DNA of 39,555 nucleotides from a virus (IMGVR_UViG_3300021560_000032:1-39555); one strand, 5' to 3'. Shown: positions 22,638-33,057, numbered from the stretch's first letter. Notes: generated by a model from the sequence alone, not told the origin. Translations and numbers: made by a program.

Positions 22638-23633
22638 CTAACCTGTAACCAAACTAGCGAGGCCGCTACCAAGGCCTCCTCCAAGTGCTTCACCGAAGGC
22701 GGCTCCGAATCCCTTCTTACTATAAGTCGGAGGAAAAAGAGTACCAAGGCCAAATTCCTCGCCGAGCAACGGACTACTCTCAGGCCTCGTTCTGATAAAC
22801 TCTTGCAACAGATTATTAATCGAAGATTGATCAAGCTGTTGGAGATTCTCGCCAAAATTCTCCATTCCAGGCAGAGCCTGAAGCGTCAGCTGTCCGAGCA
22901 GATTTTCTTGATCCGCCGCTGTCTGAGCACCAAAAGTTTCGAGAGCGCTTGCCATCTCGCTAGAGCCAAGAGCTCCTCGAGAACCAAATTGCTCTTTGAT
23001 ATTTGCAAGCTGTTGCTCAATAGGAATCTGCATCGACTTCATTGCAGATTGCCACATCGGTAGAACACCCGGAAGAGGACCTCCTTGACCAGTCTGGTAA
23101 AAATTCTGTAAAGATTGTAGAATAGGATTTTCTGGTGCTGTTAATGTCCCCGGAGCCGTCGCTTGCCCAGTTGAGGGCAATATCGCTGACAAATCGAAAG
23201 GCGTAGCCCCTTTTCCAAGCTGCGATTGAAGCCATGCATCAAGTGCTTGAGTAAAACCTGGGTCAACGGTCGGTACGCTGTAAGCGTTTCCCTTTAAGGG
23301 CTGAGTCGTTCCAACACCTTGAGGTCCACCGGCAAGGCTACGACCTCCCGTAAATCCTCCTCCTGGAGCGCTCGTACCTCCCGGATTCGTCCAAGGAGCC
23401 GAAGGAGGAACAATCCCTGGAGAAGTCGTCGTTAACGATCCTCCCGCCGAGGATACATCCAAAGGACCACCTGCCGACGGCATCTGAGGAAAGCCTGGAG
23501 AACTCATCGACGGAAAATTCATCCATTGGTTTGTTCCACCAAAATCAACACCGGGATTAAATTCGAAGTTGCCAGCCTTAATCATGTTGCTGCCCTTAGT
23601 CGGATCGTTTGCGAAATTAGGAATTGGATACAC
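22638..23633 (-). CDS. Probable ejection / pilot protein
   Basis: Gly/Gln-rich with RGALGSS motif and a hydrophobic Gly-rich C-terminus; GTG start after SD GAGGT (track start 23660). Confidence 0.6.
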   Translation of the reverse strand: MYPIPNFANDPTKGSNMIKAGNFEFNPGVDFGGTNQWMNFPSMSSPGFPQMPSAGGPLDVSSAGGSLTTTSPGIVPPSAPWTNPGGTSAPGGGFTGGRSLAGGPQGVGTTQPLKGNAYSVPTVDPGFTQALDAWLQSQLGKGATPFDLSAILPSTGQATAPGTLTAPENPILQSLQNFYQTGQGGPLPGVLPMWQSAMKSMQIPIEQQLANIKEQFGSRGALGSSEMASALETFGAQTAADQENLLGQLTLQALPGMENFGENLQQLDQSSINNLLQEFIRTRPESSPLLGEEFGLGTLFPPTYSKKGFGAAFGEALGGGLGSGLASLVTG

Positions 23634-23641
23634 AATAAACC

Positions 23642-24355
23642 TCACATTCCGTACATACAAGGTCTGTAAACAGGTCGAAGAGCCTCTTCCGTTCTGTGTG
23701 CTTCCATCTCACGACGCTTCTTTCGACCCTCGAGAATCCCTGGCCTATCAGGATGTTTTGGATCTCCATAGAGAAGCTGATGAATCTTTCCAGCCTTCTC
23801 ATACTCAAGATACTCCATGAATCCACGCTCAGCTGCAGCCCAGATTAGGATCTCATTCCAATCTCGAGGAATTAGGATTACAGTTTGATTCAAATTCGCG
23901 TCATTAATCGGATGTTGTTGAAGCATCCGAGTCTGAACCTGATAGGCTTTGTCAGGAACAGGAGTAAAGCCGATACTCGAACCGAAGCGATACCACTCCG
24001 TCGGAAGTGAGAAAGTTGGTTGGAAGTTATCAGCTTTTTGATAATGCGAAGGCATCAACTTTCGGCGAATCGAATTCGTTGGAGGATCCTGCCATATCAA
24101 AATATCGAGCGTCGCAGTATTGACTGTCGATACCGTCGGTAAAAGATTCGATTCGGCATATTCTTGAATCTTCGGAGAAAGATTAAACGGAGCTCCAAAG
24201 ACCTCGAGCTGATCGAATTCATTCCTGAAATCAGGATCGCTTGTAATCTCAAGAAGAGCATCACGTATCCAAATATCAGCACGAGCTGTATTAGTCGTTT
24301 GATTCTCGGTACGAAGTATAACTTCGTTCTCGAGGTCTGCAATTAGAAACGACAT
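23642..24355 (-). CDS. Head-tail adaptor / tail tubular protein A-like
   Basis: 237 aa; P..WY.FG.SI.F.PVPD..Y and IP.DW.E.L.W.A patterns typical of podophage adaptors. Confidence 0.65.
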   Translation of the reverse strand: MSFLIADLENEVILRTENQTTNTARADIWIRDALLEITSDPDFRNEFDQLEVFGAPFNLSPKIQEYAESNLLPTVSTVNTATLDILIWQDPPTNSIRRKLMPSHYQKADNFQPTFSLPTEWYRFGSSIGFTPVPDKAYQVQTRMLQQHPINDANLNQTVILIPRDWNEILIWAAAERGFMEYLEYEKAGKIHQLLYGDPKHPDRPGILEGRKKRREMEAHRTEEALRPVYRPCMYGM

Positions 24356-24369
24356 TCAATGACTCCTTA

Positions 24370-27300
24370 TTATTGTTGTAATGAACAACTTCCCGGGATT
24401 ATAGTAATTGTACCTGCGCCTGTAGCCGCAGCTTGAAGCTGTACTGTCCCTGAAATCAATCCAGTCTTGAGTGTCATTGTTAAAGTCAATGGGAAATTTG
24501 TCCCTGTCGTTGGAGTTCCAGTCCCAGCTAAAGCTGTAGAGAATGCTGTTGCTACCGAAGAACTTAAAGACGATCCGGTAACGTCTGCAATCATGTCATA
24601 AGTAACAAAGTTTGGAGAACCTGGCCCTGTCCATTGAATTTGTATGTCTGCTGTTGTTGCATTTGTTTGATAATCAAGGTCGCAACGAACTTTATATAAA
24701 CTAGAACCAAGAGTAGAGAAACTCAAACCAACGACATTACTAAAAGTCGTTGTGTTGTTCGTATAATTAGATTGTAGATACAATACAGTAGGAACAGCTT
24801 TTACAGGAACCCCACTATCACTAAGAGTTCCCGAAGTTGCTGTAAATTGAGGAATATTTAATGCTGTTGGACTTCCTAGAATAATAGTCTTTAATCCACT
24901 AGCATCTGGAGTAGTAATTGTACGATTAGCAGTCAGTGTGGTTGTATCAGTAGAAGTGAATCCAGAACTCGTAAGTTGATATTGAGGTCCTAAATAATTT
25001 GGCGAAGCAATCCCTTGCGTCCCTGGCATCAGCATCGTCGGGCCGCCACCAGAGTAGGAATCAGCGGTCCCACCTGCAATCGTTTCAGACGTGAGAACGG
25101 CAGAAGTGTCAGTGGCCAGACCGGTCTGTGATGTGATACGATTTCCGGGACCGTCGAAAAATCTAATCTGTTTTGGATTGCCAGGAATCAGCGTCCAGTT
25201 GAGCGTCACGGTCTGATTCCCAGTAGAGGTCACTGCTGTGCAAGAATTGGACTGATTACCATTATCGCTGTTCCACCAAAGCGGCGCGATGGTAAAGACG
25301 TGCGTTCCAACAGAAAGTGATCCTCCCGCGCTCACCGGACAACTGTTGAGAGACGGAACGATGCCTTGAATGAACATCGGATAGTTGACGCCGACTGCCA
25401 AGGCCGCGTTTTGCTGCTGTTGAAGGTAGCTATTGGAGAATCCAATTATGGAATCTGTTAAATTACCAGGAACTGGTCCGCTTGAACTGGGAATCGCGAG
25501 ACCTTTTGTAGTGAGGCCGGTCACACTAGTTGGATTTCCTGAAATAGGAGGTACGCCGCTTGATGGCACAGGAGTTCCACTTAGAAATTGGATGGAACTT
25601 GAATTCGCTCCGGAAATAATGTTGCTTACTACTGGTTGCGCGATGGTGTCCAAAAAGGCTCCACCGATTACTGCATTGGAAAATGACCCCGTATCTGTTA
25701 AAAGTGGAGTCCCGCCGCCATTGATGTAAGCTACTCCCCCGACTCCAAGTTGTATGCTGGAATTGCCGGAATACAACATCCCACGATGCAGCGAATAACT
25801 GTGTGGGATGATGACGTTTCCAGACCCTCGAAAATATACGGTTGGGGTATGTGAGACTCCGTCACCGCCGCCACCGGGTGATAGCCCAATATAGTCGAGT
25901 GTAACGTTGCTGTTTCCCCCGCCTGGGCTCGCTCGAAACTGGAAGCACGAACTCATGTAGTCATTGAGACCGGAGCCAGGACCGCAATCCACCCAGTCGA
26001 AAGTCTGGTTAAATCCAGAATCGGCCAGTACGCCCAAAGTCCCGTTGTTTGGCGCGCTTGCAATTTGCACATGTCCAAGATGAAGAGCTTGCTGGGAGCC
26101 GCTAAAGTAAATACCAGGATGCGCCCCATTAATGGTTATCCTTGGAAGGCTGCTCCATGCCCCAACGAATGGTCCGTTCCCCCGCTGCGGAGCCATATCA
26201 CCTAGCCACTTGGCTCCTCCATTACCCGTAGCGGTGACTTCTACGGTGTCGTTCAGGTACAGAGCTCCCATCTGGCCGATGGCCTCTTGCGAGCCGTTGA
26301 TCTGGCACCACGAGTTCACGACGAAGTTATTGTTCAGAGTGCTATCCGCTGGAATTTGCAGCGTTCCATAATCGCTGATAATAGAAGCCTGCGCCGCAAG
26401 GATGGCGGGACAGGTATCAATTCTGATTCCGCCTGTCGTGGAAGCGCCAGCGACATTCGCTAGCGTAAGGGTTGTCGTTCCCGCCCCGCTCAAAATGGTT
26501 GTCGAAAGACTGTCGCTAGTTGCAGCCGGCGGACTAGCACAGGGATACGATGTCGGGAAGATGGCTGGGAACGTCTGGTTATCCATCATCGGTGAGCCAA
26601 AATCCTCGAAGGACAAGTCTTGCGTGCTGGTAGACGATAGAGCGTTGCTCACACCGATAAGAGCACAGGTTCCCGCAGACGCTCGGTCGCTGTAGATACC
26701 GTAATACACCGCCGAGTTCGCCGGAGTAACCGCGCTCCAGGAAATCTTGTTGAGATTGAAATAGGTTGCAGTTCCGCCCGTCGCGGAGGTGCTCGCCCCG
26801 AGAGAGGTATCCCCGGGACGCGTGAATGTGAAGTGTGTCGTATCCGATGCCCCAGTGACGATAAACCACCCACGAAACGTCACATCGGAGATTGCGTTGC
26901 CGCCACCGATGAATACCTCACCACAAGTGCCTAAGCTACATCCGACCAAGAAGCCGTGCGCTGATGCTGTCGTCGCCGTGACCGTCCGCCCCGACGCTGT
27001 CATGGACGTGATGTTAACTGTTTGCGCTCCCAGCGAAGCCGCGCCAGTCGTCGTACTCGCAGTCGCGCTTGCGGTAGTCAATCCGCCGTTCCGATCTCGG
27101 GCGATGACTTGATAGTTGTAAGTTGTTGCTCCGGTCGGCCCAGGAGTATCGATAAGAGTTCCCGTTCCCGCAAGCGCTAAGCTCGGCGTCACGCTGACGC
27201 CAGACGGTGTTGACATGCTGTGCGGAGCGCCGCAGCCGTAGATAATCACGCCGTCGCCATTCACAAATGTGCTGGCAGAACTAATCGAGACTGTTGGCTG

Positions 27301-28443
27301 TCCGCTAGTACAGGAAGCGGTGAGTCCCGCCGCGGCAGGCGTCGTGTTGGGATTTACAGCTCGCGCGCCGAAGGCGGAGATGTCCACGTAGGGATTCGGG
27401 CCTTTCGAGATCCAGTTGCAGTTCTGTCTCGTCGGGCCAGTGTCTTTATTGTCGTAAGTCGTACACCCAGCTCCAGCTATATTTCCACTTTGATTGACTT
27501 GTGCTTGACCACTTGACCCTGCTGCTCCAGCAAGAGCAGCGTTTGCCCACGTTGTGCAATTCAGACCTGAAGTTCCATTGATTGCTTGACAGACTCTTTC
27601 TGTTTGTGTAGTAGTATTATAGTACTGAGACCCTATCAATGCTCCAGTAAGTTCTCCATCTCCATAAGCAGCAAGGGGAGGAGTTGCTACTTTTATATCA
27701 ATTCGAATACTCGGAGGAGTGAGATTGAGTGTTTGCGGAGAGCTCGTTCCCACAACGACTCGTTGAACAAAACAAGATGGGCCAGGAGTCCCTTGAGGAC
27801 AGACCTGAAATGACCAAATACTTTGAGCAGGAGTAATATTAGAATTCGCTGGAAGAGCCATCGAGGCCGTTCCAGTTCCACTCAAAGTACCACTTTGAGG
27901 AGCTAGTGAACCTCCACCACTTTGAATCTGATATGCTCCTGCTGGAGGATTTCCTCCAGGAATCGTCGTAATAACAACGCTCCACGAGCCATTGTTCCAA
28001 GTCTGATTGTCGGGAGTATCCTGAACTGTCAGATTGACAGTCGTTTGAGCCTTTGTACTCAAACACGAAAGTGAGATAAGCAAGCCGATGATAAAAAGAC
28101 GCAAGACTGCACTCGCAACTGTAGCACGAAGTGTTAACTGAGTTTTCGTTGCTGCAACGCTGCCTGTGTATACGTCGCACGCTCTGTCTTTTTGCATTAT
28201 CAAGTACCCCACAGGGATTCTATTCAAATTGTGAGTTATCGTAAAATCCGTATTTGGTGCTACCGGAGCTACAACATTAGCCCAAGTTCCGCTAATGTTG
28301 TCAAAATGCGTTCCGTCTCCGAAGCCAAGATTTCCATTTATGACTGTCGTAAGATTGCGCCAGACTTTCTGAAGCATCTGTACGAACTTGCCAAAGTCTT
28401 TCGAATCCGATGGCGTAAAATCAAGATTTGGAACGGCTTGCAT
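24370..28443 (-). CDS. Large tail fibre/spike or surface-adhesin-like protein
   Basis: 1357 aa, Thr/Ser/Gly-rich beta sequence, probable beta-helix middle, mosaic base composition. Confidence 0.7.
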   Translation of the reverse strand: MQAVPNLDFTPSDSKDFGKFVQMLQKVWRNLTTVINGNLGFGDGTHFDNISGTWANVVAPVAPNTDFTITHNLNRIPVGYLIMQKDRACDVYTGSVAATKTQLTLRATVASAVLRLFIIGLLISLSCLSTKAQTTVNLTVQDTPDNQTWNNGSWSVVITTIPGGNPPAGAYQIQSGGGSLAPQSGTLSGTGTASMALPANSNITPAQSIWSFQVCPQGTPGPSCFVQRVVVGTSSPQTLNLTPPSIRIDIKVATPPLAAYGDGELTGALIGSQYYNTTTQTERVCQAINGTSGLNCTTWANAALAGAAGSSGQAQVNQSGNIAGAGCTTYDNKDTGPTRQNCNWISKGPNPYVDISAFGARAVNPNTTPAAAGLTASCTSGQPTVSISSASTFVNGDGVIIYGCGAPHSMSTPSGVSVTPSLALAGTGTLIDTPGPTGATTYNYQVIARDRNGGLTTASATASTTTGAASLGAQTVNITSMTASGRTVTATTASAHGFLVGCSLGTCGEVFIGGGNAISDVTFRGWFIVTGASDTTHFTFTRPGDTSLGASTSATGGTATYFNLNKISWSAVTPANSAVYYGIYSDRASAGTCALIGVSNALSSTSTQDLSFEDFGSPMMDNQTFPAIFPTSYPCASPPAATSDSLSTTILSGAGTTTLTLANVAGASTTGGIRIDTCPAILAAQASIISDYGTLQIPADSTLNNNFVVNSWCQINGSQEAIGQMGALYLNDTVEVTATGNGGAKWLGDMAPQRGNGPFVGAWSSLPRITINGAHPGIYFSGSQQALHLGHVQIASAPNNGTLGVLADSGFNQTFDWVDCGPGSGLNDYMSSCFQFRASPGGGNSNVTLDYIGLSPGGGGDGVSHTPTVYFRGSGNVIIPHSYSLHRGMLYSGNSSIQLGVGGVAYINGGGTPLLTDTGSFSNAVIGGAFLDTIAQPVVSNIISGANSSSIQFLSGTPVPSSGVPPISGNPTSVTGLTTKGLAIPSSSGPVPGNLTDSIIGFSNSYLQQQQNAALAVGVNYPMFIQGIVPSLNSCPVSAGGSLSVGTHVFTIAPLWWNSDNGNQSNSCTAVTSTGNQTVTLNWTLIPGNPKQIRFFDGPGNRITSQTGLATDTSAVLTSETIAGGTADSYSGGGPTMLMPGTQGIASPNYLGPQYQLTSSGFTSTDTTTLTANRTITTPDASGLKTIILGSPTALNIPQFTATSGTLSDSGVPVKAVPTVLYLQSNYTNNTTTFSNVVGLSFSTLGSSLYKVRCDLDYQTNATTADIQIQWTGPGSPNFVTYDMIADVTGSSLSSSVATAFSTALAGTGTPTTGTNFPLTLTMTLKTGLISGTVQLQAAATGAGTITIIPGSCSLQQ

Positions 28444-28453
28444 TTACTGAACC

Positions 28454-30037
28454 TCAGTTCTCGATCGTTCCGCCTCTTTGCTCTCCTCCAATATCATAGT
28501 AAGGAGAAAATTCGACGACGGCTCCAGGTTGGCTAGCAGGAACTATGACTGTCCACTGAATACGAAGTCCACTTATATTAAATTCTTGAATGTACGAAAG
28601 TACATCTCCAGATCCGCTTCCGAGCCTGATCGCGTGAGATTCAGTTTGTCCCTTCTCATTCATGAGAGTGAGTATGTAGAGCGTCGATCCTTGATCAAGG
28701 ATACGAAGTCTATATTTTCTTGTCGTGTGCCTATGACGAGCATCTCCGAAAATGAGTTTTCCAGAAACTATCTGAGAAGATAACTCAGAGTAGTTCGTAA
28801 AATCGACATAGCCGGCTACGCCGTTATTGAAGCCAAGTAAAAAACCCTCAAATGGGTTATTTCCATTCAAAGTAGCTGGAGTCCAGGTTTGATCCTGAAT
28901 ACGACCGACAAGGTCAATAATGCGAATTCCTGAGTTCTTGAAGAAGCTCCCCATCGTTGAGATAACATTGGAGTAAGTGAAGCGCATCCAATTACCTTCA
29001 TCGAAGTTGTAGACCCAAACACTTACTCCTGGAATCGCGAGCCAGTAAGCCTTGAAAGGCTGTCCGTTTATCGAGTAGGTTATAGCTCCGAAAATCGTTT
29101 GAGGATTCCCGGCTTGCACATCTGCAAGGATTCGAGAACGAGCGCCGAGACGCTTTCTTCCGTCGATAGGTTGATCCCCTATCGGGATGATCGAGCTCTG
29201 ATTAAAAACATAGACATTGTCTGAGCCGAGATAAACAGCAAGCTCTTGACCTTGATCGTCATACTTAGCAAGACTGTAAGGAGCTATCGGACCAATCTTT
29301 GCATTCGCAACTGGAGGAAAGATGAAAGGATTAAGTCCGATGCCAGTCGGAATAATCTGAATAATCCCCTTCTGATGAAAACCGAAGCCATACTGTCCAA
29401 GCTTCAATAAACCATTGATAGGACCGAGGTTTCCGACTACGTCGTTAAGACCAGAACTGAATGAAGTCCAATCCGTCGGATCGCCAATTCCTGACCAATA
29501 ATAACGCTGAGGCGTCGCTGGATTTACTCCAACGAGATGCAATCCGATTTCGGCTATGTATTTAAGAGGCTGAGCCGTTGCAACTTGCGTATAGGAAGCA
29601 GCGATTCCATCCCAAAGAAAAAGCTTGTCAACTCCTTGTGAGAAACAAAGTTGATAATTGAGAGCATCCCAAGCAAAAAGCTGAGAAGCGGAGCCTGTAA
29701 AAGCAGGCCCCGTTATCTGCGTCCAATTACCAGCGACAAATTGCCAAAGCTCTGTTGGAGTAATAACGACTTGAATCTGCGTGCCGTTGATGTTAAAAAA
29801 GTCAGCAACGGCGTTTATAGAAGCGCCTGGATGAAGAGGAAACGCAGGCAAAGCTGTCCATCCAGGGCGAACAGAAGCAAAGCCTTTTCTCAGGATAAAA
29901 TTAGTAACGTCGGAAAAGCCGTAAGACTCAATCTCGGTAAGAGGAAGTTCGCTTTGAACTCCGCCGAAAGGTCCAGTGATAGGGGCCTCGAAAGACTCCT
30001 CAGAGCGAGTCTGCTCTCTGTCTTGAACTTGTCCCAT
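28454..30037 (-). CDS. Tail nozzle / DNA stabilisation protein (tail tubular B or P22 gp10-like)
   Basis: 527 aa, beta-propeller-like; RPG near the N-terminus, YWS.IGDPTDW, WVYNF..G.W. Confidence 0.65.
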   Translation of the reverse strand: MGQVQDREQTRSEESFEAPITGPFGGVQSELPLTEIESYGFSDVTNFILRKGFASVRPGWTALPAFPLHPGASINAVADFFNINGTQIQVVITPTELWQFVAGNWTQITGPAFTGSASQLFAWDALNYQLCFSQGVDKLFLWDGIAASYTQVATAQPLKYIAEIGLHLVGVNPATPQRYYWSGIGDPTDWTSFSSGLNDVVGNLGPINGLLKLGQYGFGFHQKGIIQIIPTGIGLNPFIFPPVANAKIGPIAPYSLAKYDDQGQELAVYLGSDNVYVFNQSSIIPIGDQPIDGRKRLGARSRILADVQAGNPQTIFGAITYSINGQPFKAYWLAIPGVSVWVYNFDEGNWMRFTYSNVISTMGSFFKNSGIRIIDLVGRIQDQTWTPATLNGNNPFEGFLLGFNNGVAGYVDFTNYSELSSQIVSGKLIFGDARHRHTTRKYRLRILDQGSTLYILTLMNEKGQTESHAIRLGSGSGDVLSYIQEFNISGLRIQWTVIVPASQPGAVVEFSPYYDIGGEQRGGTIEN

Positions 30038-30742
30038 TTACATAAGCTCCACGGACCAAAAATTTGGAGTAATCGTGTCTGTATTCGGAAAATTAAACTG
30101 GAAAGCGAGCGTCTGAGCTCCCGCCCAATTCAATCCAGCGAGAGTTCCCGTAAAGTTGTTCCCCGAAGGGGGAGCAGTATCACTAAAAAAGGTGAAAACT
30201 CCTGTCGTTGCTCCAGTATTTAAGACCTCTCCTCCGAGAAGATGTCCTCCTCCTCCAGATGCAGCATAGACAGACCCAATTAGAACTCCATTTATAAGAA
30301 GCTGATAAGTTCCATTGAAGGAACCCGCAGTATGAAGAGCACCACCACGAAGCCTAATTCCTTGAAGGTTTCCTACAACGTTAGCTCCTAAGTTAAATGT
30401 AAAGACATTCTGAAAAGCACCATTCCCTACAATTCCAGCTGAAGGTCCTTGTGCATTCAGAAGCCTAGACGAAAGCGAAGCTGAGACGTCGACCCAAGCC
30501 GCTCCATTCCACTGAAAAATCTGTCCGGTATCGGTCGAGAAATACAGGATACCAAACCCGCTACCTCCGTAGATGGCGTCCATATTCGATGGACGGTTCA
30601 CAAAGGTTCCGCTTATAAGCGACAAACGCTCACGGATGTCAGTCTTGAAATTGCGAATATCCTGCCCAAGCAGGTTCGCGAGCTGAGTATCTGGTGGGAA
30701 CGTTTCATCCCATGCTCTATCAAATGTTGGAGGAAATGGCAT
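30038..30742 (-). CDS. Putative short tail fibre / minor tail protein
   Basis: N-terminal DIRNFK.DIRER motif, LYFSTDTG..FQWNG.AW motif, beta-rich C-terminus. Confidence 0.55.
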   Translation of the reverse strand: MPFPPTFDRAWDETFPPDTQLANLLGQDIRNFKTDIRERLSLISGTFVNRPSNMDAIYGGSGFGILYFSTDTGQIFQWNGAAWVDVSASLSSRLLNAQGPSAGIVGNGAFQNVFTFNLGANVVGNLQGIRLRGGALHTAGSFNGTYQLLINGVLIGSVYAASGGGGHLLGGEVLNTGATTGVFTFFSDTAPPSGNNFTGTLAGLNWAGAQTLAFQFNFPNTDTITPNFWSVELM

Positions 30743-30743
30743 C

Positions 30744-32345
30744 TCAGTTTACCAGGCTTCCTTCATTTGCTTCGACTTGAACGACTCTGTCATCATAGAG
30801 ACGAATCATCATTGGGTCTTTTTCGTGTGTAATCTCGATAGGCTCGCCAATATGCTCTTCGAGCCAGTTGTACATCTTCACGAGTTGTTTGTATTTCGAA
30901 GACTCTCCCTCACCTTCGATCGATCCTCTCGCTGTAAAGAGGCGAACTTCTTTGCCTTCAGAAATCCAACGTTTAACTCGTTGTACCATTTTCTGAATTG
31001 GTTCTCCAAGCTCTGCTGACCATCCTCCGTAAGTCGCGAGCGTTGCGTCGAAGTCAACACCGATCCATTCTCCATTATGCTCACCCAAAATTTGTTGAAG
31101 CTCTCTATAATCCTTCAAACAGACTTTCGCCAGATCAGTTCGGTACTGCAAATCAGGAGCTCTTACTGAAGCTACTATGTCGTATGCCCGTGCGAAAGCC
31201 TCTCCGATCGAATCTCCTCGACCATTGACAACACCCAGTATTCCTACGCCGTGGGAGCTTCTTAGCTCTCCCTCAATAAGCTGAATCCCAAAAGGATAAA
31301 ACCATTCTTTGGAAGCCTCGTCAAGACCACGAATCTCCACTCCGCCGTCGTGCTTAAACTGCTCAGAGGGCCACGGAGGTAAACTCAACCGAACACCGGC
31401 TGCAAAGCCCGGAAAAAGATGCTCACCAGAGCTGTCGCCACGAGTAAGATCGTCGATAAAATTACCAAAGTCAAAATCGCACAGACTATAAAGAAGCGTA
31501 GGAAAAGCATCGTAGCCGAAGCGAGGTGTAAATTCGAGAGCATAAATACCACTCTTGTTAACGACGCAGTTAATGTCTATAGGCCCGATATAGACATGCT
31601 CCTGCAAAACATCTGTTAACTTTAGTAACGTTTCTCTCACCGTAGGGTCTTTCGAGTCACAAGACCAAACGACGTTTCCGGTACAACCTCCTGAAGGTCC
31701 GAGATCCTCGTTGAGGAATTGCTTTCTCTCAATCGTGTGATTGAACATTCCCTCAATCCACTCTTTGCCATTGAACCAACCTTCGGTCGATAAAGAGACT
31801 CCTTTGATGAACTCTTGAATCGTTAAAGCGACCTCAGACGAGCCATGCTCCTTTTCAAACTGCTGAAGCATCGACAAAGCCTCGGCTTCGTCATGAGCAA
31901 CAAACGAAGGTACAACTCCACTCAATGAGCCTTCAGGCTTGACCACGACCTTGCCTGATTTGGAGGCAATCTTCTGAATAGCCTTCGCAGCGTCAGACCA
32001 GGAGGTCGCTGAAATAGCCTCAGGAACCTCGATGTCGACTTTCTTAAAGATACTCTCAGAGAAGCCGCGATCCTTTTCGAGCTTGTCAGCGAAGCTACTT
32101 CCGGCGAAGGTACGAACTCCCTCTCCCTTAAACAGGTCGAGGATTTGACCAAAGCCGGTTACGTCTGCGATGACAGTCTGTCCTGAAGAATACTCATGAG
32201 CAAAGTCGACGATCCCATTTCCTTGATTCTCAAATTGAGAATCGAATATCTTAATCTTAGCTTCGTGACCTTCTGCACGAAGCCGAAGAGCCAAGCCGAC
32301 GCCATCGCCGCATTCGCTTAAGATTAAGAATCGATCCATTTTCAT
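30744..32345 (-). CDS. PurD-like ATP-grasp ligase fused to a C-terminal HAD-family phosphatase-like domain
   Basis: LEKDR, VVKP, IQEFIKG, ERK......GP.GG, LEFTPRFG, YRTD (PurD-like); WIGVDFDATL, FTAR, K, YDDR (HAD motifs I-IV). Confidence 0.8.
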   Translation of the reverse strand: MKMDRFLILSECGDGVGLALRLRAEGHEAKIKIFDSQFENQGNGIVDFAHEYSSGQTVIADVTGFGQILDLFKGEGVRTFAGSSFADKLEKDRGFSESIFKKVDIEVPEAISATSWSDAAKAIQKIASKSGKVVVKPEGSLSGVVPSFVAHDEAEALSMLQQFEKEHGSSEVALTIQEFIKGVSLSTEGWFNGKEWIEGMFNHTIERKQFLNEDLGPSGGCTGNVVWSCDSKDPTVRETLLKLTDVLQEHVYIGPIDINCVVNKSGIYALEFTPRFGYDAFPTLLYSLCDFDFGNFIDDLTRGDSSGEHLFPGFAAGVRLSLPPWPSEQFKHDGGVEIRGLDEASKEWFYPFGIQLIEGELRSSHGVGILGVVNGRGDSIGEAFARAYDIVASVRAPDLQYRTDLAKVCLKDYRELQQILGEHNGEWIGVDFDATLATYGGWSAELGEPIQKMVQRVKRWISEGKEVRLFTARGSIEGEGESSKYKQLVKMYNWLEEHIGEPIEITHEKDPMMIRLYDDRVVQVEANEGSLVN

Positions 32346-32752
32346 GTCGTAACTTCAGGATTACTTGTTCCCAATATCGGAGGATATGTCATTCCTCTGC
32401 GACGTTGGAAGTGAAAATGCTCGTTTTCTCTACCAGCATCTTCAAGCCATCCAAAGAAATATGCAGTGACATAACCTCCACCACCGCCACTCGCGGGGAT
32501 AGGAGTCCCCAGCTGGCTCAATACTGTTCGAAGGAGAAGATCTTTGTCCGCTACGTCGCGTGAGCGCACGTCGTAGGCTTCGCCAAGATGATGAGGGTCG
32601 TCGGCTCCGCTATGAGCTCCATCACAGGCCGAGGTTATCATAAGATCAAGACCAAGCAAAGTTGCAGTCTTGTCGATAGCTCCCAAGAGCCGGAAGCCCG
32701 CAGGAGATATCGTTGTGAATTCTACACCGTCTTTGACCCTAACAACGTTCAT
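32342..32752 (-). CDS. Endolysin, peptidase M15-like
   Basis: ITSACDGAH, HHLGEAYD (H-x6-D), EHFH (HxH) Zn ligands. Confidence 0.75.
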   Translation of the reverse strand: MNVVRVKDGVEFTTISPAGFRLLGAIDKTATLLGLDLMITSACDGAHSGADDPHHLGEAYDVRSRDVADKDLLLRTVLSQLGTPIPASGGGGGYVTAYFFGWLEDAGRENEHFHFQRRRGMTYPPILGTSNPEVTT

Positions 32753-33057
32753 TTTATATGTATCCTCAAAGTAGTTCCTGTTGACAAGGTCGAGACAATG
32801 ATGTTCTCAAACCAGTTCTCAAGATTGTAAGTTTGAACCTCACCGGCAGTATTTGCAGCAAATTGAGATAGAGCTCGGATTATCTCTTTCCCATTTTTGT
32901 CTGTAATTACAGCAAGGACAGTACCAGTAGCATGGGCACCGTCTGTATTCAAAACTTCAATAAATTTGACGAAGACTTGATTGTTCCCAACGCCAAGCAA
33001 AGTGCCCGCTCCCGCCGTGTCAATAAACCACGACCTCGCGCTAATATCATTTGCCAT
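32749..33057 (-). CDS. Hypothetical (possibly structural) protein
   Basis: 102-aa beta-rich ORF coupled to both neighbours. Confidence 0.65.
   Translation of the reverse strand: MANDISARSWFIDTAGAGTLLGVGNNQVFVKFIEVLNTDGAHATGTVLAVITDKNGKEIIRALSQFAANTAGEVQTYNLENWFENIIVSTLSTGTTLRIHIK

Noticed and set aside
30744-32345. Assigning the symbol purD as a purine auxiliary metabolic gene
   Set aside because: Substrate-binding motifs have diverged, it carries a HAD fusion, and it sits in the structural operon
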